Of a DNA stretch of 64,000 nucleotides, positions 48,631 to 63,757 are shown piece after piece. The DNA comes from Lepidodermella squamata (lineage: Eukaryota > Animalia > Gastrotricha). The DNA is taken from contig JBLDXI010000021.1 of the NCBI GenBank assembly GCA_047495785.1, forward strand, positions 558,001 through 622,000, written 5' to 3'. Position numbers and translations under genes: made by a program. Each line of letters opens with the position of its first letter. The stretch's first letter is position 1. Under the pieces are notes generated by a model. That model saw only the letters and a program-made list of their open reading frames with translations. It was not told where the DNA came from and made no database searches.

Positions 48631-49218
48631 TTTTTTTTACCTGGCTCTTGATGTAAATATATACAGAAGCATAGTAAGCGATAAATTCGACATATTAATC
48701 TGGGCTGAGGTCAAGCGTCATCTAAGTACTATCCAAGTTATTTCTTTGGAGAGGCTGTTACGCTAGATGGTTGAAGGACCTTCGACACTTACGGAAACAT
48801 ACATAATACAATGGAAAATGATTGAGGAACTAGCGATGCCTTTTTGGTATATTCGAAACTTGCGTAATACACCTCAATCAATCAAATTCCCGAATCAATC
48901 GATCTCAAATTTGTGGGAATTAATCGCACTACGCTGAATGCGACAACTTGATCGAACAATCGAGTGATTGTAGACATGATGGAGAGAATGAAAATAATAA
49001 AATTCAACTACTTGGCAGTGTTTCGTTTTATCTTCAGTCATTCTGCAGTTACCAAAAATATATGGTCTATAGCGTGCCCAAATCAGTCACGACTTCTCTC
49101 AGTCGAGATCAATTATTAAAGGGATGAGCGCTGAGTTAAAGTATAACGCGCTTTAGAGCCCGTGAATCACAATCATATTCCTGGGAACCGAAAAGTATTT
49201 AAACTAAGGTTCTATTTA

Positions 49219-49597
49219 CCGTACTGCCCCGAACAAAAACCGTGACATTTATTTTTTTCAAACGTTGATGAAACCCTGACATTTAAAAGGGACTGACATT
49301 TACTTCGGGCCTGACGTTTATTTATCCGAACCAACAAGTAACTGTCTAGGTAACCAAAATGGCATACATTTCCCTTAGATTCTATGTATTTTGACCCAAA
49401 AAAATTGGTCCCTGACCTTTCTAAGTACCAAGACTAGAAATTATATCCAATCAGAATGACTAAAATTACCTTATTAGTGATCTTCAGTATTATCCCCGCC
49501 ACTGACCTGACATTTATTTTTTCGAACGACCTCTAACCTCTGACATTTATTTGAGGCTGCCATTTATTCGAGGCTGACATTTTTTCGGGCAGTACGG
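49219..49597. mobile_element. MITE, Tc1/mariner-pogo-type non-autonomous element, 379 bp
   Basis: TIRs CCGTACTGCCC(C)GAA / TTCGGGCAGTACGG, flanked by TA on both sides. About 9 internal direct copies of a CTGACATTTA-like motif. Confidence 0.85.
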
Positions 49598-50036
49598 TAA
49601 TTTTCGCGATCGTAAACAATTGCACCACTTTTCATTAAATATTATATTCGGCATTTATACGTTTATATTTGAATAAAATGAACTTTATTTGAAACGAATT
49701 CGAATAAATTCGAAGTTCTGAAACCGCGTCTGGTTCGATAGAACATTTTCATAAAAATAAAATAAAAGATCCACGTCGATGAATGTTGCAAGGCGGCGAA
49801 AACATTGTTATTATTTAAGTAAAAAATAACCAGCCGCGTAGGAATTCTTTTTGCTTTGCTTCAACAAAATTGCGAAGCCGCGGGACAAAACACGAACTCA
49901 CATTTTACTCCCTTGTCCACTTATTTATTGATAAAGCAAATCAAAGTAGAAGACTGGTATGAATCTCACTTGTATTCAAGAAGAAAATAAGATAATGAAA
50001 TTAGCAAAAAATATCACAATTGGAATCAAAATAATC

Positions 50037-53000
50037 TCACAGTCGATATTCACTTGGTAGCCCAATCGAGGTTTTCGGGCGAGTTTTCCTGCCCGAGCTT
50101 TGCGATCGGTTGAAAGCTGTGCTAGGCCGGTTGACGTATGTCTGAGTAGTAGCCGGACGATTTCGGCTACCGCTCGGGTCAATATTAATAGCGGTGGCCG
50201 AAATTTGACGTGAATGTAACCGAGAGTGTAACCGCGAAGAAAACGGCCGAGTTTGCGAGAATCCGTTATCCTCGGCATTTTGCTGCCGCTGAAGCTGGCT
50301 GAACCAAACCGGCGGCATAGCTAACAACGTGTCTTTCATCAAAGACCGCAGCCATTTAACTGAATAATCTTCCTGGCCGCTTTCGAGCAGCGCTAAATCT
50401 GCTGCTTTTTGCAACAGATCAGCGGCTTCGCGTTTCGAGGCTGAGGTAGGGAGGTAGGAGAGATATCGCCCTAAACTCGCGCAGGCAAATGACAGACGCT
50501 CCGTGTCACCTCCAGCCGACAAACGGCGTTCTTCAAGGATTCCAATTGCCTCGCGGAAACATTGCTCAACCTCCTCGGAAATGAATAGCGTGTCGAAAAC
50601 TTGCTGAAGGCCTTCAGCAGCCGTCGACGGCCGACTCGAGCGGATCGAGTAAGCCGAACGGGCTCGCTCTGGTTTCGGGGTGGTGGCTCGAGAGGCTAAA
50701 ATGCAACCCAGGGCCAGGAGGGTGTCCGCTACAGCTGGGTGCTTACGACCGTACCATTTGGTCGAGGCATCGGCTGCAGCCCTCAAAAACCTCTCGCATT
50801 GCTCAGCATTTGTAGAGGATTGCCTGAAAGGTTGGTCCAGTGTAAAAATCAAAACGGAATAGATTCCTAAAACCTACGAGAAGAGGCTTAGGCAAAACAA
50901 GTGGCGAAAAACGATGGGTGGCCAGGAGGCGTTGCCATTCATTTGTAGGAAAGGATCGACAGATTCGATGGCTTGACGAGCTGCCTCGTAATCATTGACT
51001 TTGAAACACATCTCGCACGATTCAAGCTGAGCGACAACTAAAACGAAACATCCAAATTTTTCTAAGGCCAGCTTAATTCTGATGGACTTACTGTAGGAAT
51101 ATCTCACTTGTTTGTGAAATTTTTCGACGGGATGCGAATCAACTTTCTCCATCAAATTGCTCAGCTCATTGATAGTTTCCGCAGTTTTTGCGATTTCTTC
51201 GATATTTGCCCGGGCGCGGTTGCTCAAATTTTGCTCGACATCGAGGAAAATTTTCGCCGCGTATTGCATGGTTTCCAGGGCCAGTTTTATGTTGTTGAAG
51301 CGAGGAGCGGAAAAGCGAGCAGAACACCGCATTAGGAACCCGCCTAGCCTCGCATGAGCTTCACAATCAAACGGCACCTCGGCTAATATCTATATTATAG
51401 AAAATTGAAACAAGCCATGAAAAAGGGAGAAAACTGAATTTTACATTTTCGCAAAATCTTGCAACAATTGGAATCAAGTTGACGAATAGACTGACGTTGA
51501 CCTGATAATCTGAATCTGTTGGTGAAATCTTGGTTATCGCGAAAAGCCAATCGCAGATCAGCCACGAAAAATCACTGCGGTTGACTTGTCCGTCAGGTAG
51601 GCTGACTGAGTCATCCTCTCCCTCTTCTGTAATAGTGGTTTGTTCGCTTCGAGCGCGAGACGACGCCCTTTCGCTTCTTGACGGCGTTCGATCGCTGCGT
51701 CGAGACGAAACAATCTCACTACGATCTGTTGAATCCCCGAGGACATTTTCGCTCAGAACGCCTAGTTTGTTCAGCCAACGAGCGACCAAATACCGGAACA
51801 GGCCATTTGAGTTGCTCTCTATTCGCAGTAAAATTGACAAAGCTAGAACTTGGCTGTTCGCCCCATTTGCAAGCCTTGTAAACGATCTAAAAAATGAACC
51901 AATAAACTCTGTGGAATCCGAATTAAATAAATAATTCTCACTCTCCATTGCTGAGTAGTTTGACCAAGCCAGGCCAGTCGTCACATTGATCAGCTTGCAT
52001 GATTTGTTCATCGATAACAACCGAATCCCGAGAAGAGTTTGGTAAACTCTGCAAGAACCTAACGTATCGCCTCCTCCACACAGAAAACGAGTTTGCGTTA
52101 GAATCTAAATGAGCAAAAAATTGTTGGTTAGCTAAATTTAAGGAGCTGAATTTTTACCGAATAAAACTGTTGCTAAGCCGCGTCTGACACTTTCCGAAAC
52201 GAGCTTCAACGTGTTTCTGGAGCCGGCTCGGAATAGATAGCTGGCAGATTGCCAGAAACTGCACCATCGTTCGACAACCTTTTGATTTTGGCTCGGTTTT
52301 TTTATTGCCATCACTAAACGAAGCATTGGCATGATCGAGCGAGTCGGCAGGCCATAGCGCGACAAAACCATGAAACGAAGAAAAACAGGAATCCAAGACA
52401 CATTGCGATCTGGCTCCTCGGTTGTAGTCGATGTGGCGGCTGGAACTAGATGATTCGAGTGCCCCGTCCATTTTCGCAACTCATGCGAGAGCAAATCTCG
52501 CAGGCGAGTGAGTTCTAAAACGCATTCGACTTGATACTCGAGCCTGTGTAACATGTCTTGGTTAGCGAGGATTCGACCAATAGCCGCCAGGTGAATCGCA
52601 CTACCCGCAGCTGGTGACGCGAGAATGGTCGATACGAGATGGCGCGGGAATTTAGAAAAAGCCACCGTTTCTTTTCGAAGGAATGTTTCTTTGAAAACGT
52701 GATCCTGCGCCAGGCTAGCAACGTCCATGACTTCCACGTCGTTTCTTTTGAGCAAAACTTTCAATGTCATGTCATTAGCAGTAGTTGTAACAATTATGCG
52801 ACACTGCGGCGGCAGCTTTTCGGGTAACCAATGCAGCTGCTTCACTTTAACCTCGGCTCCAGATCCGAAATAGCGACCACATGAAACAAAATCAAGGCCC
52901 ATGATGACCAGTAAACACGGTCCCAACGCTAAGGAAGCGCCGAATTCTTGCTCAATTTGATGCAACTGTCGAGCTTCAAGCGCCTCTAGAATTCGGCCCT

Positions 53001-54154
53001 CCTTCAACGTCCGATCTGCAGTTCAATAAAATCGTAGAAAAAATTGAATCTGAAATATCACATACCATATTCCTTGTGAAATGACCGAAACTTTTTGGTA
53101 GCATTGTCCATCAAAAACACAACACTGTTCATTTCGAAACTGGGAGCATCAGAATCGGCATGGAATACGCTGACTGGAATTCCCGGATTCGACTCGGAAA
53201 ACTGTGCCAGCCAATAGTAAAGTAACTGATGCTTTCCTGATCTAGCGTCAGAAACCAGTGCGATAATTTTCCCATCTTCACTCGACTCTTCATCCTCCGT
53301 AATATTATTGTTGGTTGGTTTTTCGGTATTCGCAAAGTCTACCCGCCTCGACAACTCTTCCGAAAGTTGATCCAATGTCGGCGTGTGAATTAAGCTGGAT
53401 GCCTGAAGTAGGCCTGATTTGTTGACGCAACGATTTATATCGCCTAGAATTTGGTTGATCATCTGCTTCGAATTATCGAAAAAACGCATTCTCAAGTCGT
53501 TTCCGAGAATTTCCCGCTTCAAATTATCGAACCGAGTAGCGTCGGCAAGTACAGTCGGCGCTCTCTGATGAGCGAATCGGCCATTTTCGCTCAATAGAAA
53601 TATCGATCGTTCGTAAGTTGGTCGTCGAATGTAGATGAAGGGCGAGGGTTTGCCGTCATCGTCAATCTCAAGTTCAGCTTTTTTGCCACCGGCCGAGCTT
53701 TTCAAGGTCGCATATTGGATAAGAATATGCAGCAAACTGGCGTGTTTTATTTTCGGGTCTAACAACCATGTATGGCCCAGGCTGACCGATGTATGAATAT
53801 TTTTCTCGCCCTTACCATGGCGAGATTCGGAATAGGAAGCTCCATATGAGTCCCCGAGGACAAAGAAAACTATACAGTAAATAAGGGTTGAATTTTTATT
53901 CCAACAGTGATTTCTATCATACCAAAAGGGTAGCAGCCATCGATTGAGTTTAGCAACGTTTGCAGATGGTAACCATCGTTAAAAAGTCGACTATCTGAGT
54001 GAACATGGGCAGTTGTAATCGAGGTTAGTACCGCTAGATCATTGCCGAGGGGATTTAATTGTCCCAAGAAAGAGGCGTTCCACTCCTCCAGATCTGCGAA
54101 TTCCGAGTTCAGATCGCCGTCTACGTTGCCAAATATAAACGGCTGAACCAACAT
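50037..54154 (-). CDS. TTC41/NPHP3-like protein (DUF4062-like N-terminus, degenerate P-loop, C-terminal TPR-like repeats), multi-exon
   Basis: HLQTLLNSIDGCYPF|VFFVLGDSYG, degenerate Walker A DARSGKHQLL, LLVIMGLD, WLPEKLPPQCRIIVTT and YGRKHPAVADTL. The ORF pieces are separated by ~50-nt introns. Confidence 0.65.
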
Positions 54155-54275
54155 TTCCGTTTAACATGGACCTATATATGCAAAATTAAATTGTTTATTT
54201 GGCTTGTTTCAAGTATCGCAAATTTGGAAAGAAAGGATTCGTTCAAAAGAACTCAAGGTAAAAAATATATTCCAG

Positions 54276-57200
54276 TTATTTCTCATGTGCGCTCTTAACA
54301 ACTCGATCGACAAGAGCATCTAGGAAAGCAGGATTGAAAGTCGCATTGCCAGTAGATGATGTTGAGGTTGTCAAGGCTGCAAGTGCGCGACCTGCCTCTC
54401 GAGCCACTACGCCTTGGGTCCTAGAGCGTAGGAAAAATCGAATTAATTAATTAGGTGAGCCAGGTTTTTCTAACTCACTTCTCATATCTTTCACGAAGAG
54501 CAGCAAGAGCTCGCCTATCGGTAGTTCCGACACTTGCTAGTGCTCTGCACGCAGAAATACGTACACCCTCGTGTGGATCGAGTTCAAGCAGGTCAACGAG
54601 AGCACGAGTTATCCTGCTTCCTCTCATCCTTAGGCCAACAGCGCAACGAATCGCTTGCATTTTCGTTTCAAATTCTGCCTTATTATCCAGATTAGCCATT
54701 ATTTCTTCGCTGATTTTCTCGTAAAGACCGAGCTTATAGAAGGTTCTGGCACATTCCGTGCAAACTTGCTTATCAGAGTCAAAAGTTAGCCGCTTCAATA
54801 AAATTTCCTGGAATTCATGTAATCGGAATTCGTAACCAGGGGTTGATGCTTCCCGTAGCTTTACGAATCCATCGGCTAAAAGTCGAACTAATGCAGCTCG
54901 CACGCCAGCAACAGGCGAATTTTGGAGCAGATCTAGCGCTATTTTGAATACCTCTTCGTCTGTAACTCCAATGCCACCAATCAGTTCCTGAAGGGCATCT
55001 GCAACAATCGGTGTCGCCGATCGAGCGATTTGCCGGAAAGTCAGTTCGGTGAGCTGACTTATCTCTTCAGCTTGGTCTTCGATTTTGGCTATTAAACTTT
55101 CATATTCCTGGAGTTTTTCTGTGTACTCAGCATTCGCTTGCACCACTGAGCTGTCTTCTGGTGCAGCAACCATTGTGCTGTCTTCCTGAGAGAGTGTTGG
55201 GGGTGCCAAAGGGGGAGGTGGTGGCATTACTCGGACTTTTCGAAGACACGCTGCGGCGTAAAAGCTTAGCTCAGGTGAAGGGCATTGGCAAAGTTGAACG
55301 AGCCGATGGACGATCAAACAATCAGTCGGTGAAATGTAGAGTAAATTTAACATCTTCCCCTGCAAGTCAGGAGCATTTTTTGTTTCAGTTGACATTTCAC
55401 TTTTGCCAAATGGTCGGGACATTCGAGGCGAAGCAAGGGCTTTCTTCAGCCATCGCAGAAGATCGCATAGAATTTGGTGATTCGACGAAGAAATGAAAAC
55501 AAGAAGCTCTTTCATTATATTATCATCAGTGAAGCCGAGCATCAACAGGAGCTTGAGAATTTCATATCGCAAATCCATGGAAGGGCTACGTTGAGTTGAG
55601 CTTGAAATCATAGAAACAAGATCGGCGATAATTTCGTTGTTAGTCACTCCAAGAGCGGCAATCTGCCTTGCTGATGATATTTTTTGCTCCAAGGAAACAT
55701 TTTCGGACTTGATTACGTTTATCAAATCTTTCACGCGCTCTAGGCGCTTGGCAATGTATTGCATAGGCGAGGGCATTTTCCTCGTGTGATACCAGCCACT
55801 TTTTGTCATAAAAACGCGCTCGTTCTGGCCGCTGGGTAGTTGCAGACTTCTTGACGTATCGCCTACAGGTGGGAGCTGTCGAGGAGCGTCCTTGATGTAC
55901 AATGATTTCCGACCCTTGGATTTTGCTTTGGTTGTAACAGTGCCGTTCGCGGGAGATTTAGGTCGGTGGCTGTCATCCAGATGAGGTCCACGCATGATTG
56001 AAGCGCTTGGTGCTAGTGAAATTTCATTGCGACCGTTTGAACGACCCATCAACTCACTCGCTTTTCGGACGTCAACTTTTGACTGGACTTTCTCAGCGTC
56101 AAACATGAGCTCGTACAACGTAAGATGCGTTTTCTTCAACAGGTCATGTTGATTAATGAATCTTGGGGGCATATTTTTGGCGCGCTCCCGGAGTAAATCA
56201 GTGTCGGTGGCAGGAATTGGTGGGTATACTTCATCAGACAATTTTGCGAGCAACAGTTTCGCTGGAATCGGTTCCGGTGGTGGGTTATAGATTAGCTTAT
56301 CTTTTGTATGGATTGAATTCCGGAACTTCTTCTCCAGCCATTTTTGACCCTTCATGCGGGCCAAAATGCTGTTGGGTCTCCTGAAATCTACCTTTGCATG
56401 AACTGCCTGTTGAGCTTTTTTTAGCGCCCGATATTCGGCTGGTTCTAGGGGAATCGACTGCAGAGCAGCATCGTACGCTCTGCCCATCATTTCTTGGACC
56501 GTAACCGACAGCCTCTCTAACGCTTTCTCTTCTGAATTAGGATCAATATATTCTTTATCGGCGTTGCTCCACGGCAACGCTGCTCTGCTAATATCGCCCT
56601 TGTCTTTTACATATGAGTTGGATCTGTGTATATCCAAGGAGTGATAAGTCAAGCCGAAGCCAGTTAAAGGGCTATGTTCGATTTGATGATGTTCGCTCAA
56701 CCAATAACTATCGGCAGCATCAAGAGGTTCTTTAGGGCCAGATCTCCCGTCCCGAGAGTGAAACATTGATTCACGGCCAGAGCGTGGTTTTATACTGCCC
56801 TCGTCCTCTTCCTCTTCACCGGAAGACAGGGACTCGCCTTCGCCAGCTGATGGTGCAGACACAATAAATGTAGGTGAGCTAGCCAGCCCTCCAGACTGAT
56901 TACCGAATGAAGGGCTACGAGCCTGCGCGTAATACTGCATGACTGTTTCTTGAGACATCAAAGGTTCTTTGGTTAAGGATTCCAGTTTGACTTCTAGCCA
57001 ACGAAGACGACGTCTTAACCTGACCGCATTGTCGACGGAATCATTGCCTTTTAGTGCTGCTCGCAGCTCGACAGCTAACCGGCCCATTTCCGCAACCAAC
57101 TTGATTATAATGTGTTGCTTGATTTTATGAGGAGTCAAAATAGTTTCCTCCGGTTGATCTATTAGTTTCAAATGCTTCTGCTCCAAGTCTTCAAGAACCA

Positions 57201-57411
57201 ATACAGTATGCATGAAGTACCGGATATTCTTTTCAAGTGTTTTGTACCATGCGAAAGCATCCTTGTGAAGCTTAACCCGATTAGTGTCGAGATACTCAAG
57301 TCCTATACCACAACTCTTCGCGGTGTAGTCAGCTTCATGCCAATGTCTGCGATCATTTACGATTCGGAAGAGCACGGCTTGAACCTTGCGATAATCTTGA
57401 TTTGCAAACAT
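54276..57411 (-). CDS. HEAT-repeat protein (C-terminus resembles HEATR9)
   Basis: 978-aa ORF with C-terminal helical repeats (LRYEILKLL, VRAALVRLL, LVDLLELDPHEGVRISACRAL). A final exon after a short intron ends ...KSAHEK* (TAA 54278-54276). The 5' end is uncertain. Confidence 0.6.
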
Positions 57412-58792
57412 GGCACTAAGAGTAAAGAGTCGGCAAATCTAGCAATCAATCAATCATCAATCAATGAATTATCACCAATATATCAGAGTTAGGGAAAGGT
57501 AAAATATGGCTGGTTTCAATTCCGTTGGTAGAACCGCCCTCTCCGTCTAAAATCCGTCTTAGGGCCTACCTATCAAAGGAGTGGCAACTTTATGTCGCTT
57601 CTTCTGGCGCTCTTGGATGGACACTTCAGAGCTTGCTCCTCAATCGGCTATGAATAACAGACGGCAATCAATTGGTACCATTCAATTTTTTATTTGATTT
57701 GCCATGGTTAGGGTAAAGGTTAGGAGCAGATAATAGATACTTCTAAGAGGGAACACTCTGAGAGTGATCCCTATGACAGGTTCTCGAATAATGACTTTCA
57801 TCTTAGAGGACGGTTCAACGAGGTCGGACGAGACGAAAAATGAGCGTTAGATTAGTGTTAGATAGTGATAGGTTTCTAGGGTTTAAATCTTTCAACATAT
57901 CCGTTTCCGAAAACGTTCAGCATTTTTGTCCACTAACAGCACGTTTGACAGTATTTAGGGTTAATTAATGCCTAAGCAAGTCAATTACACAGGAGAAGGC
58001 GTGGGCAAGGACGCCAATGTTATGGAAAATATAAAATTTATAGAACAATATTAAATTATAATATACAAAATAATGAGGGATTTTATGTATTTATTGTCAA
58101 AATGGCATAGTTGGACATTTTTGCAAGTCCGCAACTTTTTGGAATGAAGCTGAGAAGAACCCTTTTTGAGCGTCCATCGAAAGTCGAAACCGAACTCCGA
58201 ACTCCGAACTCTTCGCCTTAAGCAACAAGCGACAGGCGACATTTGTTAGGTAGGCCGTAGTCTTATGTTTAACATTCAACAGTTATGATGCAGAGGTTTT
58301 TCAATGTGATAATCTCTTTTATACACTTCACTCGTCTTTGACAATAATTTTCTATGATGTCGATGCAAGAGCTTTTGACGTCTGACACTATCTTGCATGA
58401 ATTGGCGACCAGTTTCTCATTTTGTTGGCCTGTTAGGGTAAATTATTGAGGATCCGAATGACAGGTCGAAGGCGGAAGCAAACGTTAGCTGCTCATAGTC
58501 GTTATAGTCGTTATAGTCGTTAGGTGCTCCGTGCTCTCTCGGTGTACTACCTTTTCTGTTTTCTCCTCTTTCTCATTGAGCAGCGTATCGCATTTAAATC
58601 TTTTCGGTCCTTGACACATGCGACCGTCGTTACTGCATTCGATTATAAAAAGTTCGCTAATAGCTAACCACCCACACCTGAATCCCAACTCATAGCAAGC
58701 CGTCAAGACTTTGATACTACAAAAAGTTCTAATTTGCGTTTGTCTAGTGTTTTAACTTTTAACGATTCTCATTTGAAAGTTGCAGCAAATAA

Positions 58793-60700
<1,908 letters not shown>

Positions 60701-60872
60701 ATTTAGGAAAGCGCTTCAAAAATATTCAACGATTTACGTGTTGTGATGTAACTGCAATAGAAAACTATTCGCTTCTGTGTTATCATGTAAAAGGTCTGAC
60801 ATTATTTGCATGCTTCATAAACATAATTTATGTTTAGCACGTTTCTTCACACATGTTAGGTCTCTTTAAAAT

Positions 60873-61691
60873 ATGAATGATGATGATTTTGGCGATATCA
60901 ACTTGGATGACGATGAGCCATTAGACGAGTTTCGTAAAGCAACTAATTTCGTTCGAACATGTGCCGGGACATTCTCCGAGTCGGATTTGCTGTATTTCTA
61001 CGCCAGATATAAGCAGGTGATTCTTTTCCGATTTCTCAGGCTGGTTGGTTAATGATTTGTTCATTAGGCTTCTGATGGTCCGTGCAATGTCTCTAAACCA
61101 GGATTTTTCGATTTTGCCGGCAAGAAAAAGTGGGACGCCTGGAACGCACTAGGAAAATTATCGAAGGATGTTGCAAAGCAACAATATATCGATAAACTAA
61201 CTGCTCTGAAACCGAATTGGATGCCGAAAGATGGCGAGAGTTCGTCTAAGATCTCAGGCAGTGGAGGCATGCAAGTGAAGGTCAGCAAAATGGCGGTTGA
61301 TGAATCGGAATCGTTGTCGAATCGACCTAAAGCAGCTTTTGAGTTCGCCAAATCCGGAGATATTAATAGTCTACGCGAATATTTAACGAAAAATCCCTCG
61401 GAAGTTAACTCGCCAGACCCAGGTGATGAAAATAAGCTCACGCCTTTACATTGGGCATGCGATCGAGGAAATTCGGAGATAGTGTCTTTATTGCTGTCGA
61501 TCCCAGGCGTCGAAATTAACGCTAAAGACGCGGCTGGGCAAACTGCTTTGCATTACGCTGCTAGTTGTGATCATCTGAACATTGTAGAATTGCTTCTGAA
61601 ATCTCCTGGGATAGATCGGACTATCAAGGACGAAGACGGACTAACAGCATTTGATGTTGCGTCGAGTGATATTGTCAAATCAGCTTTCTAG
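60873..61691 (+). CDS. ACBD6: Acyl-CoA-binding domain plus ankyrin repeat protein, 2 exons
   Basis: ACB domain LLYFYARYKQ|A..GPCN..KPGFFDF.GKKKW.AW, with intron 61017-61067. Ankyrins TPLHWACDRG and GQTALHYA. Confidence 0.92.
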
Positions 61692-61805
61692 TCTCTCATT
61701 GTTCTCTGTTTTTGCTCAATTTTTTCTGTTATTTTTTCGCTATTGAAAAATATTCTCATTTGGATTTGTCTATTTTAGAGATTTATGATGTGAGCGATAA
61801 CTGGA

Positions 61806-62645
61806 ATGCCCGCCCAGCAAAATCAAACGGTGCTCCTGGTTATTAAATTAACGCCGTTTTTGTTAATCGGAACTGCGATTTTGTTTCTTTTACTTCCATT
61901 TTCGACTCCAAGCTATCGATCGGAGAGAACGATTTTCGCAATGATATCAGATGTGATATGGGCATCCTGGTCCTGTGTTGTGTTTTGCGCGAACTCCGCC
62001 CTGGTCATGTTCAACTATTGGGTCGCCTTCATGTCCGCGCTATTCCAAGCCGTGATATACGTTATTGGGGTTGTTTTCTCTGCAGTTACGCTGGTTTTAT
62101 CCGTTGCGGGTGAAGGTCATTCCCAAATCAGTAATGCGATTTATGAAACGTGCAAATTGACCCGGTCTTCTATGTGTCTCCCAATCGCCGCGACTTTATA
62201 CCTCGGATCTGTTGCGTTATTCTGCTTATTTTGCGCAAATATGGCTGTCAGGTTTCTGTATCATTTCCACGAAAAATACCGACAGTTCTCCGGCCAACCC
62301 GCCCCTCATGTTCCAATAAGTTTCGCCGCCTTGAATAACGACGGGCCTGTTTTAGGCCGAATCTGGTCAAGTACTGACGATTTACGGCAACGAAAAATCG
62401 TATCAGAAGCGTTGAAGAAGGGCGAAAGCTCGTCGAGTCTCAAAAGTCATGACGAGAGTTTCGACTCGAAGAATGCCTGCGTAGTTTGCCTAACCAATCG
62501 AAAACACGTTGTATTACTGCCGTGTCGGCATTTATGCGTCTGTTCCGAGTGTGCAAACGCCCTTCGAGGGCAATCAGATGTGCTCAGGCGGCAGTGTCCA
62601 TTATGCCGAACCCATATATCACAAACAATAGACTGTTACCTGTAG
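61806..62645 (+). CDS. RNF26: Membrane RING E3 ligase, RNF26-like
   Basis: Hydrophobic N-terminal segments followed by a C-terminal RING CVVC...LLPCRHLCVC.EC...CPLCR..I. Confidence 0.65.
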   Translation: MPAQQNQTVLLVIKLTPFLLIGTAILFLLLPFSTPSYRSERTIFAMISDVIWASWSCVVFCANSALVMFNYWVAFMSALFQAVIYVIGVVFSAVTLVLSVAGEGHSQISNAIYETCKLTRSSMCLPIAATLYLGSVALFCLFCANMAVRFLYHFHEKYRQFSGQPAPHVPISFAALNNDGPVLGRIWSSTDDLRQRKIVSEALKKGESSSSLKSHDESFDSKNACVVCLTNRKHVVLLPCRHLCVCSECANALRGQSDVLRRQCPLCRTHISQTIDCYL

Positions 62646-63168
62646 CGATATTTCATACTGTGCTCAAAGCGCGTGAAAAATTATATATGCCTTGTTTGAT
62701 CATCTCAGTTTTTATACTCGGCGTCATTGACTTGTCATTTGAATTACTGACGACTGAAATATTATTAGCCTTTCTTTGATAATAAATTGAGCTGAAAAAG
62801 CTTCGAATTATTACGCAGGCATTCCCTCTCACTTTTCTTGTCCTTGAAACTCGCATTATAGAAATTACGTTGAAGGTCTTTGTCTTTCTTGATTTTGTTG
62901 CACTACGGAAGTAACCGACTTGTTTAGATTTCGATATCAATCAGCTTACTCTTCTTTTTTCGCATTTCTTGAAAATTATTCCTCTTGAGTTATGATTTCT
63001 GATTTTATGAAGGTGCTCTATTGCTTGGAATAGAATGATCACTGCAACTTGATTGATTCGAATCAAATTATTCTGTTTCATGCGCATGCTAAATTTTCTA
63101 CAAAAAACGGGGAAAGATTTACGATTTTGAAAATTTGTTTGATATTTTTTAGGGATACTTGTTTTATT

Positions 63169-63757
63169 ATGAGTAATCGAGTCGGGATGCCGGCTGTTCC
63201 GCAACAGGGCGTCAAAAAGTCTCCATCCATGCCTTCAAACGCGCTGATCCGTCAGTTGTTAACTAATGGCTCGCGGAGCGACGCTGCGGCCCTCGCCGCT
63301 GCTCAGGCGGCCGCCGAACGCAGCGATCCAGAGTCTGACATAGAACCCTCAGATGAAGACGACGATGACAAGTCGATTGGCGGTGGCAAAGGCGTGGGTG
63401 GTTTAGGCGGCAATCCTCGCGTCCAGCTACCCCGTTCCGCTCTCAGATCCCTCGTCCGCGGCGTGTTGGGCAACGTCCGAACCTCGCCCGATGCCATCAA
63501 TTGCCTCAACAGTTCTGGCGCTCGTTTCGTCCTAGCCGTGTCGAGACGGGCGAGTCGCATGTGTGAAGAAAGCGGGCGGTCGCTGATAACCGGTGATGAT
63601 CTTCTACGGGCGATTGCCGCTGTTGGTTGCACAACTCTTTCCAATCAATTAAGGCAACAGTTCTCAGCGCCTGCTCCATCTGGCTCGTCCGGCGACCACG
63701 ACAGCGATCCTTCGATGGGTAAGCCGAAGGGACGCCGGCCCTCAGAACCCGTTTTAG
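63169..63757 (+). CDS. Histone-fold protein, divergent Dr1/NC2-beta (NF-YB family); first exon, 3' end unresolved
   Basis: LPRSALRSLVRGVLGNVR....A...F...VS..A..MCE..GR..ITGDDLL.AI..VG histone fold. Probable donor G|GTAAAT at 63758. Confidence 0.6.

Noticed and set aside
49240-49585. Repeat-spacer pattern resembling a CRISPR array
   Set aside because: The repeats are 10 bp, irregularly spaced, inside TA-flanked TIRs, in a eukaryotic context with no cas genes.
57488-57965. Scattered TTAGGG-like words
   Set aside because: Not tandem; no telomeric array.
58160-58706. Short tandem repeats and a minus-strand ORF between the divergent HEAT and AGPS genes
   Set aside because: The trial splicing I attempted gave no coherent protein; likely promoter or UTR sequence.
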